From: Bacilli bacterium
GTDB lineage: Bacteria > Bacillota_I > Bacilli_A > RF39 > UBA660
Assembly (NCBI GenBank): GCA_017435255.1
Contig: JAFSFI010000011.1
Location: 48,894 to 112,893, forward strand
DNA: 64,000 nucleotides
Direction of reading: 5' to 3'
Shown here: one piece after another, positions 30,183-40,684 of the stretch
How the letters are laid out: the number at the start of each line of letters is the position of its first letter
How positions within the stretch are numbered: the first letter of the stretch is position 1
Notes under the pieces: model-generated
Told to the model about the DNA's origin: nothing
Database searches by the model: none
Seen by the model: only the letters and a program-made list of their open reading frames with translations
Position numbers and translations under genes: made by a program

Positions 30183-31571
30183 ATGAAAAAACATAATTTA
30201 TTCAAAGTGATTGGAATTACAATCATAGTGGCAATTTTATTGACGTGGATTTTTCCTATAACATATTTTGGTTATAGCTTGACAGAAGAAGCACGAATGC
30301 AAGTTGGGTTGTTTGAATTATTCACATATGGTCCAACAATATTTAACTATTTTGGTAGTATTATATTTTATGTTTTAGTAGTTGGCGGATTTTACGGCGT
30401 GCTACATAAAATAGACGGATACAGAAATTTATTAGACAAAATAGTAGATAAATTTAAAGGAAAGGAAAACATCTTCTTATCTGCTGTTATGATCTTATTG
30501 GCTATAATAACATCAATGGCAGGACTAACAAACGCTCTTTTATTTGTGTTCCCATTTATTATTTCAATTATTTTAATGATGGGATATAACAAGTCTACGG
30601 CTGCTCTTACAACAGTTGGTGCGGTTGCAATTGGTTTAATTGGGACAACGATATCTGCAACTAATATTAACACTATAGTTGGAATATTGGGGCTAGATTT
30701 TAGTTCTGAATTATTTACAAAGGCAATCATTTTGTTGGTTGGATTAGTGCTATTAATATTTAATACATTAAGTTATGCTAAAAAGCATAAAAATGAAAAC
30801 GAAGAAATAGAATTACCTGTTTCTAAGGATTCTAAGAAAAGAAGTTGGCCAATTATATTAATAGTAGATTTAATACTAGTAATTATGATTTTGGCTTCAC
30901 TATCTTGGGATTCTGTGTTTGGAGTAAAATTATTTGATACTATTCACGAGTCTGTTATGACTGCCAAAATAGGCGATTTCGCAATTTTTGGTAAGCTTTT
31001 GGGTGAAACAACTCTGGTACCATTTGGGAAATGGACACTAATGGAATTATCTGCGTTAATTGTATTTGGCGCAGGAATTATCTCATTGTGCTATAGAAAA
31101 TCATTTAATGAATTTATAGAAGGTTTTCTTTCAGGGGTGAAAAAAGCTTTACAGCCAGCAATATTAGTATTCCTAATATATATTGTTCTAGTAATTGCGG
31201 TAACACACCCTGTGTTATTAGCAATATTTAAGCCAATTTTAACTGCTACTAGCGGATTTAATGTGTTTACAATGAGCATTGTATCGTTCATAAGTAGTGT
31301 ATTTAATGTTGAACCATACTATATAGCAAGCAGTGTATTACCATATGTAGCGTCAATTATCACAGATGTCGAAACATATCCATTAATTGCTGTAGTATGG
31401 CAAGCAATGCAAGGGTTAGCTGTTTTAGTGGCTCCAACTAGTATCTTATTAATTGCCACATTATCATACTTGAATATTTCGTTCTGGCAATGGTTTAAGG
31501 CTTCATGGAAACTAATTCTTGAAGTTTTAGTGGCATTGTTATTAATATTTACAATATTAATACTTATTTAA
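30183..31571 (+). CDS. polytopic membrane transporter, YfcC/DcuC-like family
   Basis: 462 aa with more than 10 TM segments. The region FYVLVVGGFYGVLHKIDG...MAGL resembles E. coli YfcC (FMLVIGGAFGIVMRTGTID...). Assigned from memory only. Confidence 0.5.
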   Translation: MKKHNLFKVIGITIIVAILLTWIFPITYFGYSLTEEARMQVGLFELFTYGPTIFNYFGSIIFYVLVVGGFYGVLHKIDGYRNLLDKIVDKFKGKENIFLSAVMILLAIITSMAGLTNALLFVFPFIISIILMMGYNKSTAALTTVGAVAIGLIGTTISATNINTIVGILGLDFSSELFTKAIILLVGLVLLIFNTLSYAKKHKNENEEIELPVSKDSKKRSWPIILIVDLILVIMILASLSWDSVFGVKLFDTIHESVMTAKIGDFAIFGKLLGETTLVPFGKWTLMELSALIVFGAGIISLCYRKSFNEFIEGFLSGVKKALQPAILVFLIYIVLVIAVTHPVLLAIFKPILTATSGFNVFTMSIVSFISSVFNVEPYYIASSVLPYVASIITDVETYPLIAVVWQAMQGLAVLVAPTSILLIATLSYLNISFWQWFKASWKLILEVLVALLLIFTILILI

Positions 31572-31591
31572 AGAACTTCGGTTCTTTTTTT
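31571..31591 (+). terminator. intrinsic terminator
   Basis: AAGAAC-TTCG-GTTCTT followed by a T-run. Confidence 0.75.
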
Positions 31592-31649
31592 GTTTATAAA
31601 AAGAAAATAAATAACATAATAAACATAGAATAGTATGAAAGGAGATTCT

Positions 31650-33956
31650 ATGTTTTCAAAATTTACGGAAAGTGCAAGAAAGGTTCTAATAGATGCAAAA
31701 AAAGAAATGAACGAATTAAAGCATCCATATATTGGTAGCGAACATTTGGTGCTTGCGATGCTGAAAAATAAGAACAGTAAGCTTGCTAAAAAGTTAAAAG
31801 GATATAATTTGGAATATGATGAATTTAAAAAGGAAATAATAACCATTCTTGGTATTGGTAATGATCAAGCAGAGTGGTTTTTATATACCCCTTTATTAAA
31901 AAAAGTTATAGAAGATAGTATTATAGAATCTAGAGAATTAAATAGTGATGTTACAGTTGAACTATTATTCTCCTCTTTAATTCAAGAAGGTGAAGGAATA
32001 GCAATTAGAATCATGATTTCTATGGGAATTGATTTAGATGAACTTATTGAACAGTTTAGCAATAAAACACATAACAAAAGAGGAAAGAACAAGAAAAAAT
32101 TCATGATAGACGAATTCGGATATGATCTAAATAAAAAGGCGTGTAAAAATGAACTTGATCCGGTTATCGGAAGAGAAGAAGAAATTGAAAGAATTATAGA
32201 AATACTGTGTAGGAGAAGCAAAAACAACCCGCTTTTAATTGGAGAAGCAGGTGTGGGAAAAACAGCAATTGTGGAAGAGTTGAGCAAGCGAATAGCAAAC
32301 GGAAATGTACCACAACAATTAAAAGGAAAAAGAATTGTATCTCTTTCTATGGCTAGTTTAGTTTCAGGGACAAAATATCGTGGAGAATTTGAAGAAAGAG
32401 TCAATAAAATAATGAAAGAAATAGAAGACGACAGCAGGGTTATAATTTTTATTGATGAAATTCATACTTTAGTAGGCGCAGGCGGTGCAGAAGGTGCTAT
32501 TGATGCATCGAATATATTAAAACCAATTTTAGCTAGAGGCCAAATAAAGATTATCGGAGCTACAACAACAGAGGAATTTAAAAAATATATAGAGGATGAT
32601 CGTGCATTATCAAGAAGATTTCAAAACGTGTTTATTGAAGAACCAAATATACAACAAACAAAGGACATATTATCAAAACTAAAACCTGTTTATGAAGCGT
32701 TTCATAATGTACACATTTCAGATGAGGTAATAAATATAATAGTAGAGCTGTCTGACAAATATATATATGACCGTAAACAGCCGGACAAATCCATCGACAT
32801 ATTAGATGAATCTTGTTCTAAGGCAGCAACTTCAAAAAACAAACAAAACAGAAATTTAAAAGCATACCAAGAATCGCTAAAAGAAATATTAGAGGAAAAA
32901 AATAAAGCAATAATAGATCATAATTTTTTGGAAGCATCACAGTTAAGAAAAAAGGAAAACTATATCGAAGACAAAATATATAAATTGGAAAAATCCATAA
33001 CAAACAAGCAGAGATGTTTAGAAGTAGGTAAAGACGTTGTTGCAAAGGTAATCAAACAAAAGACCAAAATACCTATTTTCGAAATAGAGGGAGAAGCAAC
33101 AAAAAAATTAATTAAACTTAAAGAGGAATTGTCGAAGAGAATAATTGGTCAAACAAAAGCAATTGATGTTCTTTATAAAATCAGCAAAAAAATCAAATTA
33201 GGATTTAAAGACAAAAGCAAACCTATTTCACTGTTATTTGTTGGTCCGACAGGAGTAGGAAAAACCTTGATGGTTAAGGAGTTTAGTAGGTTATTTCTGG
33301 GTGACGACCAGTTGATTACTATTGATATGAGCGAATATAAAGAAGAACACACAATAAGCAAAATAATAGGCTCTCCCCCAGGATATGTTGGGTATTCAAA
33401 TAAAAACAATGTTTTAGAACAAATAAAAGATAAACCATATTCTGTTTTATTATTGGATGAGATTGAAAAAGCACATCCTTCGGTAATTAATTTATTTTTA
33501 CAGATTTTGGATGAAGGTAGAATAAAAGACTCAAAGGGAAATATAGTCAGGTTTGATAATACAATAATAATAATGACATCAAACGTTGGATTTTCTAAGA
33601 ATTCTATAGGTTTTAATTATAATAACATAGAAGTTGTTGAATCTAAATTAAAAGAATTTTTAAGTTTAGAAATAATAAACAGAATAGATGATGTGGTTGT
33701 TTTTGAAAGATTAACAGAAAAAGACATTGGTACTATTATTTCGAATAAGTTAAGAGATATTAAAATAAAGTTTAAGAAAAAAAATATTAACACACACATA
33801 AATAGGCGAGTCGTTGATGAAATAATTGAAGAGTGTAAATACGAAGAGTTTGGCGCTCGAAAAATAGAAAAAATTATCAACCTCAAAATTAATGATCTTA
33901 TACTTGAACAGTTATTATTAGGGAATAACGAACTAGATATACAAACGATACATTGA
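31650..33956 (+). CDS. clpC: ATP-dependent Clp protease ATP-binding subunit ClpC
   Basis: Clp_N repeats; two AAA+ modules (GEAGVGKTA, GPTGVGKTL). ATG at 31650 after SD AAAGGAG. No ctsR/mcsA/mcsB upstream. Confidence 0.9.
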   Translation: MFSKFTESARKVLIDAKKEMNELKHPYIGSEHLVLAMLKNKNSKLAKKLKGYNLEYDEFKKEIITILGIGNDQAEWFLYTPLLKKVIEDSIIESRELNSDVTVELLFSSLIQEGEGIAIRIMISMGIDLDELIEQFSNKTHNKRGKNKKKFMIDEFGYDLNKKACKNELDPVIGREEEIERIIEILCRRSKNNPLLIGEAGVGKTAIVEELSKRIANGNVPQQLKGKRIVSLSMASLVSGTKYRGEFEERVNKIMKEIEDDSRVIIFIDEIHTLVGAGGAEGAIDASNILKPILARGQIKIIGATTTEEFKKYIEDDRALSRRFQNVFIEEPNIQQTKDILSKLKPVYEAFHNVHISDEVINIIVELSDKYIYDRKQPDKSIDILDESCSKAATSKNKQNRNLKAYQESLKEILEEKNKAIIDHNFLEASQLRKKENYIEDKIYKLEKSITNKQRCLEVGKDVVAKVIKQKTKIPIFEIEGEATKKLIKLKEELSKRIIGQTKAIDVLYKISKKIKLGFKDKSKPISLLFVGPTGVGKTLMVKEFSRLFLGDDQLITIDMSEYKEEHTISKIIGSPPGYVGYSNKNNVLEQIKDKPYSVLLLDEIEKAHPSVINLFLQILDEGRIKDSKGNIVRFDNTIIIMTSNVGFSKNSIGFNYNNIEVVESKLKEFLSLEIINRIDDVVVFERLTEKDIGTIISNKLRDIKIKFKKKNINTHINRRVVDEIIEECKYEEFGARKIEKIINLKINDLILEQLLLGNNELDIQTIH

Positions 33957-34025
33957 TATGTATCGTTTTGTTTATTTTTATGATATAATGGCATTAAGAT
34001 ATAGCAAAGATAAAGGATGGTAATT

Positions 34026-35115
34026 ATGGACTTTAATGAATTGAAAAGAGTTTTAGAATTAAATTTAGATAAAGTGGTTGACTTGTGGAGGTCACTTTGA
34101 CATCGATTCCAAACAAAAGGATATTAAGTCGTTAGAAGCGGAACTATTAAAAGAAAACTTTTGGGATGACAAAAAAAGAGCCGAAAAAACAATTGATGAA
34201 TTAAATTTATTAAAACAAATAGTTGATGATGTAAATAGAATTAAGTGTAAATTAGAGGGAAATTTGGAGGTTTTATCAGTATCTTTCGATGACGATGAGA
34301 TTGTTTCTATGATAAATGAGGAAATGAAGGATATAGTCAAAGAAGTAAGAACTTTAGAAACAAATACGCTTTTAGACGGCCCTTATGATGGGAATGATTG
34401 CATTTTAGAAGTGCACTCTGGTGCTGGAGGAACAGAAGCCTGTGATTGGGCAAATATGCTTTATAGAATGTATACAAGATGGTGCGAAAAGAAAAAGTTT
34501 CGTATAGAAATATTGGATATTCAAGCTGGAGAAGAAGTGGGAATAAAAAGCGCATATATTCTAGTTAAAGGTAAGAACAGTTATGGGTATTTGAAAAACG
34601 AAAAAGGAATCCATAGATTGGTTAGATTATCACCTTTTGATGCCAATAATAAGCGACATACTTCGTTTGCTTCTATTGATGTAATTCCTGAATTTGATAA
34701 CACATTAGATATAGAGATTAACGAAAAAGATTTAAAGATTGATGTGTATCGTGCAAGCGGTGCAGGCGGACAACATGTTAATACCACTGACAGTGCTGTT
34801 AGAATTACTCATTTACCAACCAAAACGGTGGTTACTTGCCAAAACCAAAGAAGCCAAATCCAAAATAGGGAAAAGGCTCTAGAAATGTTAAAAAGCAAGT
34901 TGAAGTTAATGGAATTGGAAAAACAAAATAATGAATTAAGTGAAATACGTGGTGAACAGAGAAATATAGAGTTTGGTTCTCAAATAAGAAGTTATGTAAT
35001 GCATCCGTATTCTATGGTTAAAGATCATAGAACAAATTGCGAAACAAGTAATGTTGACAAGGTATTAGACGGAGAAATAGATTTATTTATAGAAGCAAAT
35101 TTAAAAAGGAGATAG
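34026..35115 (+). CDS. prfB: peptide chain release factor 2 (programmed +1 frameshift at 34095-34101)
   Basis: Frame 0 reads MDFNELKRVLELNLDKVVDLWRSL then TGA. Shifting +1 at CTT TGA C continues as DIDSKQKD... The SPF and GGQ motifs are present downstream. Confidence 0.93.
34086..34101 (+). promoter_or_regulatory. RF2 autoregulatory +1 frameshift site
   Basis: Internal SD GGAGG, then TCA CTT TGA C, matching the canonical prfB recoding signal. Confidence 0.9.
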
Positions 35116-35119
35116 TAAT

Positions 35120-35986
35120 ATGAAAAAAAATCAAAATCATTTAGTAAGAGCTACTAAAAAAATTCAATTAAAAAGATATATACAACTCGTTTTTGGTGTC
35201 ACTATACTTGCACTTGCTTTTAATTTGTTTATTCTTCCAAATAATTTTGTATATGGCGGAGTAAGTGGCGTTGCAATCATAACTCAAAGATTATTTGGGC
35301 TAGAACCTTCGTCAGTTATATTTGTTTTGTCGATTTTACTGCTTGTAGTAAGTTATTTTGCATTAGGTAAAGAAAAAACTGCAGCCTCTGTATTAGGCTC
35401 CCTTCTTTTTCCTGTTGTAGTAAAACTTACAAGTAATGTGAGAGTGTTTTTAGATTTTGATGTTTCTCAACCGTTACTTTGTGCAGTATTTGGTGGAGTG
35501 ATTGCAGGACTTGGGGCTGGGTTTGTCTTTAAAGCTGGATTCACTTCTGGCGGAACAGATATTATAAATCAAGTGTTATCAAAATATTTTAAGATGAGTT
35601 TAGGTAAAGCAATGATGATGAGTGATGGCTTAATACTTTTGTGTGGTACCTTTATATTTGGAATAAACAACTTTATGTATGCCATAATTGTATTATATTT
35701 AATTAGTATCATGACAGATCGTGTTTTATTGGGTATATCGGACTCTAAAGCTTTTTATATAGTAACTGAAAATGATAAAGAGGTAAGAGATTTTGTTATA
35801 AAAAATCTAAGCCACGGGGTTACTATCTTTGAAGCCAGGGGTGGATATAATAATAAAAAACAAAAAGTGTTGTTTTGTGTTATACCCACTAAAGAATACT
35901 TTAAGCTTAAAGAAGGAATATCTTTAATTGATGAAAAAGCTTTTTTCGTAGTAACAGATGCTTATGAGGTTTACGGTGGTGAATAA
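35120..35986 (+). CDS. YitT family membrane protein (DUF2179 C-terminal domain)
   Basis: YitT pattern: NNFVYGGVSGVAII, GFTSGGTDII, C-terminal soluble domain. Confidence 0.75.
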   Translation: MKKNQNHLVRATKKIQLKRYIQLVFGVTILALAFNLFILPNNFVYGGVSGVAIITQRLFGLEPSSVIFVLSILLLVVSYFALGKEKTAASVLGSLLFPVVVKLTSNVRVFLDFDVSQPLLCAVFGGVIAGLGAGFVFKAGFTSGGTDIINQVLSKYFKMSLGKAMMMSDGLILLCGTFIFGINNFMYAIIVLYLISIMTDRVLLGISDSKAFYIVTENDKEVRDFVIKNLSHGVTIFEARGGYNNKKQKVLFCVIPTKEYFKLKEGISLIDEKAFFVVTDAYEVYGGE

Positions 35987-35987
35987 A

Positions 35988-36848
35988 ATGTTGTCAAATA
36001 TTGTTGAAGTAATTGCGGAAAAACGCTTGTTTAAAAGGTATGGTTTGTTGTTATTAGCTTTATTTATTTCTGCCATATCATATAATCTTTTGATATATCC
36101 AACAAAAATAGTAGCGGGCGGCGGTAATGGTCTGTCAATAGTAGTGGAATGGGCTTTCCATCTTTCTCCTTCGTTGTTTATTTTAATGTTTAATGTTGTT
36201 GTATTAATTATAGGGGTGCTAGCATTAGGGATCGAAAAAACAAGCGGGGCATTAGTGGCGAGTTTTGTTTATCCATTTTTTGTAGATGTTACTTCGGGGA
36301 TTACTACAATAATATCAGTAAATAATAGTGATATACCATTAATTTGCTTGTTTGCCGGTATTATAAGTGGTTGGACATCAGGAATAATATACAAAATGGG
36401 GTTTAGTAGTGGCGGGACTTCTCTTATAAATCAAATTGTTTTTGAAAAAGCAAAAATTTCTATTAGCAAAACATCGTTTACTATTAATCTTATAATAGTT
36501 TTGTTAGGCGGACTTTGCTTTGGAATAAATAACATTATGTATGCAGTAATTGTTATTTTTGTTAGTAGTATAGTAATAGATAAGGTGTTGATAGGAATAT
36601 CAAAAAACAAGGTTTTTTATATTTTTACTACTAAGGAAAAAGAAGTGAGAGAGTTTTTAATTAATGAGGTAGGACACGGGATTACAGAGTTCAATGTAAT
36701 AAGTGGATATTTAAATCAGAAAGGTAAGATGTTAATGACTGCCGTTCCTACTAAAGATTATTTCAAAACATCTACAGGAATTAAAGATATAGATAAAGAC
36801 GCTTTCTTTATTGTAACAGATTCATATCAATTATTAAATGGAGCCTAA
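35988..36848 (+). CDS. YitT family membrane protein, tandem paralogue
   Basis: Same architecture as the previous gene (TKIVAGGGNGLSIV, GFSSGGTSLI). ATG at 35988 is preferred over the track start 35958. Confidence 0.75.
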   Translation: MLSNIVEVIAEKRLFKRYGLLLLALFISAISYNLLIYPTKIVAGGGNGLSIVVEWAFHLSPSLFILMFNVVVLIIGVLALGIEKTSGALVASFVYPFFVDVTSGITTIISVNNSDIPLICLFAGIISGWTSGIIYKMGFSSGGTSLINQIVFEKAKISISKTSFTINLIIVLLGGLCFGINNIMYAVIVIFVSSIVIDKVLIGISKNKVFYIFTTKEKEVREFLINEVGHGITEFNVISGYLNQKGKMLMTAVPTKDYFKTSTGIKDIDKDAFFIVTDSYQLLNGA

Positions 36849-36916
36849 ATTTTCCAATGAAATTTACTGAATTTATGGTATAATTATATTGTATCAGCAA
36901 TAAAAAGGAGGTAACA

Positions 36917-37615
36917 ATGGATCTAATTAATATTAAACATGTTAATAAAGTCTACAAAAATGGTGTAACTGCGATTTATGACTTGTCGTTAAAAATAAAA
37001 AAAGGTGATTTTGTGTTTGTAATAGGCGGTTCAGGTAGTGGTAAATCGACGCTAATAAAAATGTTATATCGTGAAGAAAGACCTACATCGGGAGAAATAA
37101 TTCTTGGTGGTCTTAATGTAGCGAAATTAAGAAATAGTAAAGTATATAAATTAAGAAGAAAATTAGGAATTGTATTCCAAGATTATAGATTATTGCCTAA
37201 ACTAACGGTTTATGAAAATGTTGCTTTTGCATTAGAAGCTATAGGCGCTAGGAAGGAAGAAATAAAAAAGAAAACAATCAAAGCAATAGATCTTGTAGGT
37301 TTAAAATCAAAGTTAAGAACATACCCAACAGAGTTATCGGGTGGGGAACAACAAAGAGTTGCAATTGCTAGAGCGATTGTAAATAACCCTAAATTACTAA
37401 TTTGTGATGAACCTACTGGGAATCTAGATCCTGATATGAGTAGAGAAATAGTTAGTGTTTTGGATACGATTAACAAAGAAGTTGGGACAACCATTATAAT
37501 GGCTACCCATGATAGGGAAATAGTAAATGAAATGAAAAAGCATGTTATTGCGTTAAAAGACGGAAGATTAGTAAAAGATTTTGAGAAAGGAACATACGAT
37601 AATGAAGTTATTTAG
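36917..37615 (+). CDS. ftsE: cell division ATP-binding protein FtsE
   Basis: ABC motifs GGSGSGKST, LSGGEQQR, LLICDEPTGNLD; followed by ftsX. Confidence 0.92.
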   Translation: MDLINIKHVNKVYKNGVTAIYDLSLKIKKGDFVFVIGGSGSGKSTLIKMLYREERPTSGEIILGGLNVAKLRNSKVYKLRRKLGIVFQDYRLLPKLTVYENVAFALEAIGARKEEIKKKTIKAIDLVGLKSKLRTYPTELSGGEQQRVAIARAIVNNPKLLICDEPTGNLDPDMSREIVSVLDTINKEVGTTIIMATHDREIVNEMKKHVIALKDGRLVKDFEKGTYDNEVI

Positions 37616-38507
37616 AATGTTTGGTAGATATGTAAGAGATGCTTTCAAAAGTGTATCAAGAAACCTTTCTTTATCGATTGCATCTATTTCTTGTATAAGC
37701 ATTACTCTAATAGTTGTGGGAATAGCGTTAGTTCTTTCGTTTAATGTAGATAATTTCGCTAAAATAATAAAAAGGGATGTTACAATAGTTGTTTTTCTTA
37801 ATCAAGAGACTACAGAAGATGAGTTTAATCACACGATAAAAGCAAAAATAGAAAAACTTCAAAATGTTGAAAAACCCATTGTATTAAAATCAAAAGAAGA
37901 ATCAAAAAAAGAAATGATGGCAGAATCCGATGTTTTTAAAGCAACAATGGAAACTTGGCCAGAAGAGGACAATCCATTAAGAGATAGTTATTTGATAAAA
38001 GTAAAAGACATTGAACAGATTAAAGATACAGTTCAAAAAATCAAAACAATAGATAAAGTAGAAGTTGTTGATTATGGAGAAGGAATGGTTGAACAACTTA
38101 TAGAGGCATTTAAGTTAGTAGAAAAGATTACAATAATAATAGTTGCTATATTGATTGTTGTGACAGTGTTCTTAATCATTAATACAATAAAATTAACAAT
38201 TTTCTCTCGTAAGCGCGAAATATCAATTATGAGATTAGTAGGTGCTAGTAATATAAGCATTAAAATTCCTTTTATTATTGAGGGAATGTTAATTGGTGCA
38301 CTAGGTTCAATTATCCCAATCGTTGTAGTTATATATGGATACTCAGCGTTATACGAAAAATTCGGTGGGCAATTGTTCTCAGCGTTAATTAAATTGATTT
38401 CGCCAGAGCCATTTATATATATTGTTGCAAGTGCAGTTTTAGTAATAGGAATTTTGGTAGGAATGCTTGGTAGTGGTAGAGCTGTAAGGAAGTATCTAAA
38501 AGTATGA
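37602..38507 (+). CDS. ftsX: cell division permease-like protein FtsX
   Basis: TM, a large extracellular loop, then three C-terminal TMs. The start is ambiguous (37581 or 37602). Confidence 0.88.
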   Translation: MKLFRMFGRYVRDAFKSVSRNLSLSIASISCISITLIVVGIALVLSFNVDNFAKIIKRDVTIVVFLNQETTEDEFNHTIKAKIEKLQNVEKPIVLKSKEESKKEMMAESDVFKATMETWPEEDNPLRDSYLIKVKDIEQIKDTVQKIKTIDKVEVVDYGEGMVEQLIEAFKLVEKITIIIVAILIVVTVFLIINTIKLTIFSRKREISIMRLVGASNISIKIPFIIEGMLIGALGSIIPIVVVIYGYSALYEKFGGQLFSALIKLISPEPFIYIVASAVLVIGILVGMLGSGRAVRKYLKV

Positions 38508-39697
38508 GAAAAGCAGTTAAAATATTATTAATATTAGTTATTTGTTATACTTTAATACCATATAATGCAAGCGCCATTACATTAGGTGACTATGAAGCAA
38601 AACTACAAAAATTCAAAGACGAAGCTGCTGCTAACCAAACAGCCATTAATAAAACACAGGAAGAAATAAATGCCACAAACAGAGAAATTTCCAATATAAA
38701 AACAGAAATGCAAAACTTGGCAAATGAAGTTGTAAGATTAAAGCAGGAGATTGAAGATTATAATAAAGAAATAAAAGATAAAAGTCTTCAAACAAAAGAG
38801 ATATTTGAATATTTTCAAATGTCTAGTGGTGAAAATATTTATTTAGAGTACGCTTTTGGTGCGGAAACTATAACAGATCTAATTTATAGAATGGCTATTG
38901 TTGAACAAATGACAGAATATAATAATAAGGTTACTAAGGAATTAGAAGAGATGATCGAAAAAAATAAGCAGAGAGAAAAAGAAATAGAAAAATTGAATGT
39001 TGAATTAAACGAAAAACAAAAGGCTATGGAACAAAAGCTAATTTCCTTAGGAAATACTAAAGCAAGCTTAACTGAAGGTGGTTCTTCTATTCAAAATCAA
39101 GTGAAGAGTTTTCAAGAGCAAGTAAATTATTATAAAGGTTTAGGTTGTAAAAGTCATCATGTAATAGGAGTTGATTGTGCTACTTCAGGAGCAGCAGGAG
39201 TATTCAGAAGACCTACAATGGTTGGTTATATAACCAGTGAGTTTGGAAGTCGTTGGGGATCTTTTCATAGAGGACTAGATATAAGTAACGGAGATCCATA
39301 CAATACAAAAATTTATCCTGTTGCCAATGGGACAGTTGTTGACAAGTATTATGATTATTATGGCGCTTTGTGTGTAGCAATTGAGCATTATGATGCAATA
39401 AACAATAAGTATTACACTTCGCTTTATGCGCATCTAAATTCATTTGCTCCGGGTCTGAAAATAGGACAATATGTCACTTCTGACACATATATAGGATATA
39501 TGGGAAATTCAGGATATTCTACCGGCCCTCATTTGCATTTGGAAATAAATGCTTGTCGCTGGTATGTAGATTACTCTTGTCGAAATTGGGATGCACATGT
39601 TAGCTATATGAAAGTATTAGCTAATAATGGTTATAAAGGGCCAAGACAACTAATTAGTTTCCCCGATGGGACATATAATCCGTGGTATAGTAGATAG
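38504..39697 (+). CDS. secreted coiled-coil + M23 (LytM) peptidoglycan hydrolase
   Basis: Signal peptide; a coiled coil of about 170 aa; M23 catalytic motifs HRGLDI and GPHLHLEI; ATGA overlap with ftsX. Confidence 0.85.
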   Translation: MRKAVKILLILVICYTLIPYNASAITLGDYEAKLQKFKDEAAANQTAINKTQEEINATNREISNIKTEMQNLANEVVRLKQEIEDYNKEIKDKSLQTKEIFEYFQMSSGENIYLEYAFGAETITDLIYRMAIVEQMTEYNNKVTKELEEMIEKNKQREKEIEKLNVELNEKQKAMEQKLISLGNTKASLTEGGSSIQNQVKSFQEQVNYYKGLGCKSHHVIGVDCATSGAAGVFRRPTMVGYITSEFGSRWGSFHRGLDISNGDPYNTKIYPVANGTVVDKYYDYYGALCVAIEHYDAINNKYYTSLYAHLNSFAPGLKIGQYVTSDTYIGYMGNSGYSTGPHLHLEINACRWYVDYSCRNWDAHVSYMKVLANNGYKGPRQLISFPDGTYNPWYSR

Positions 39698-39719
39698 AAC
39701 AACTTGTTCTATCTTTTTT
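39692..39719 (+). terminator. intrinsic terminator
   Basis: AGATAGAAC-AACTT-GTTCTATCT followed by TTTTT. Confidence 0.75.
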
Positions 39720-39888
39720 ATTAAATATATATGCATATTAAATTTATATAAACTATTATTAATGCAATTTTAATAGTTGAAAAGTTTACACAAAGTGTAA
39801 ATGTCATAATTTATATCTTTGCAGAATATGCTTTGTAATGATATAATAATATCGTTATATTAAAAATTAAAAGTAAGGATGATAAATT

Positions 39889-40470
39889 ATGAAAATATGT
39901 GTATATGGTGCAGCAAGCAGCGAAATCGATGAATTATTTATTGAGGCCGGAAAAGACCTTGGTCGAAAAATGGTAGAGCGTGGTCATTCTCTAGTATTTG
40001 GAGGTGGAAGAGGCGGAATGATGGGTGCAGTAGCATCTGGTGCTGCAGAAAAAGGCGGAGAAATAATTGGTATATCACCTAAATTCTTTGAAGAAAATAA
40101 TGCTGAAATAATATTCCCTAATTGTACAACTTTAATCCAGCCGGATACAATGCGACAAAGAAAAGGCTTATTGGACGAAACATCAGATGCATTTATAATG
40201 GCTCCAGGTGGAATAGGGACATTTGATGAATTTTTTGAAATATTAACATTAAAGCAATTAGGGAGACATAATAAGGCAATAGTTGTTTTTAATGTTGATG
40301 GATACTATGATAATTTATTAAAAATGATGGAGTGGTCTATAGAAAAGAAATTTATTACAGAGGATTGTGTGGATATGTATAAAGTAACTACTACGGCTGA
40401 AGAAACTTTAGATTACATCGAAAAATATGTTCCGGAGGATATAGACATTAGTGCATTAAAATTAAGATAA
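39889..40470 (+). CDS. LOG family (TIGR00730) nucleotide phosphoribohydrolase
   Basis: Motifs FGGGRGGMMG and APGGIGTFDEFFE. Confidence 0.85.
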   Translation: MKICVYGAASSEIDELFIEAGKDLGRKMVERGHSLVFGGGRGGMMGAVASGAAEKGGEIIGISPKFFEENNAEIIFPNCTTLIQPDTMRQRKGLLDETSDAFIMAPGGIGTFDEFFEILTLKQLGRHNKAIVVFNVDGYYDNLLKMMEWSIEKKFITEDCVDMYKVTTTAEETLDYIEKYVPEDIDISALKLR

Positions 40471-40480
40471 TGTTAGAATT

Positions 40481-40505
40481 ACACATCTTTATAGATGTGT
40501 TTTTA
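40481..40505 (+). terminator. intrinsic terminator
   Basis: ACACATCT-TTAT-AGATGTGT followed by TTTTT. Confidence 0.75.
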
Positions 40506-40684
40506 TTTTAAAACGAACATAAACATTGATGTGAAAGATTTAAGAACAATAGTAGTGTTGTTGGTTTCTTGTTTTATTACTAAATAAGTGTTAAAATATG
40601 ATGTTGAAAAAGGCTGTTTTTATTACGTAGTTTAATTGGTATATATTTACTAGACTTTTTAAAATAGGAGGAAGCATGTAAAAT

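Noticed and set aside
31572-31649. Looked for a CtsR operator (GGTCAAA direct repeat) upstream of clpC
   Set aside because: No GGTCAAA-like repeat is present. Only a terminator and an AT-rich promoter region are seen.
40514-40527. CGAACATAAACATT upstream of uvrB as a possible LexA (Cheo) box
   Set aside because: Only the left half (CGAAC) matches CGAAC-N4-GTTCG. The right half ACATT does not, and there is no second candidate, so SOS regulation cannot be claimed.
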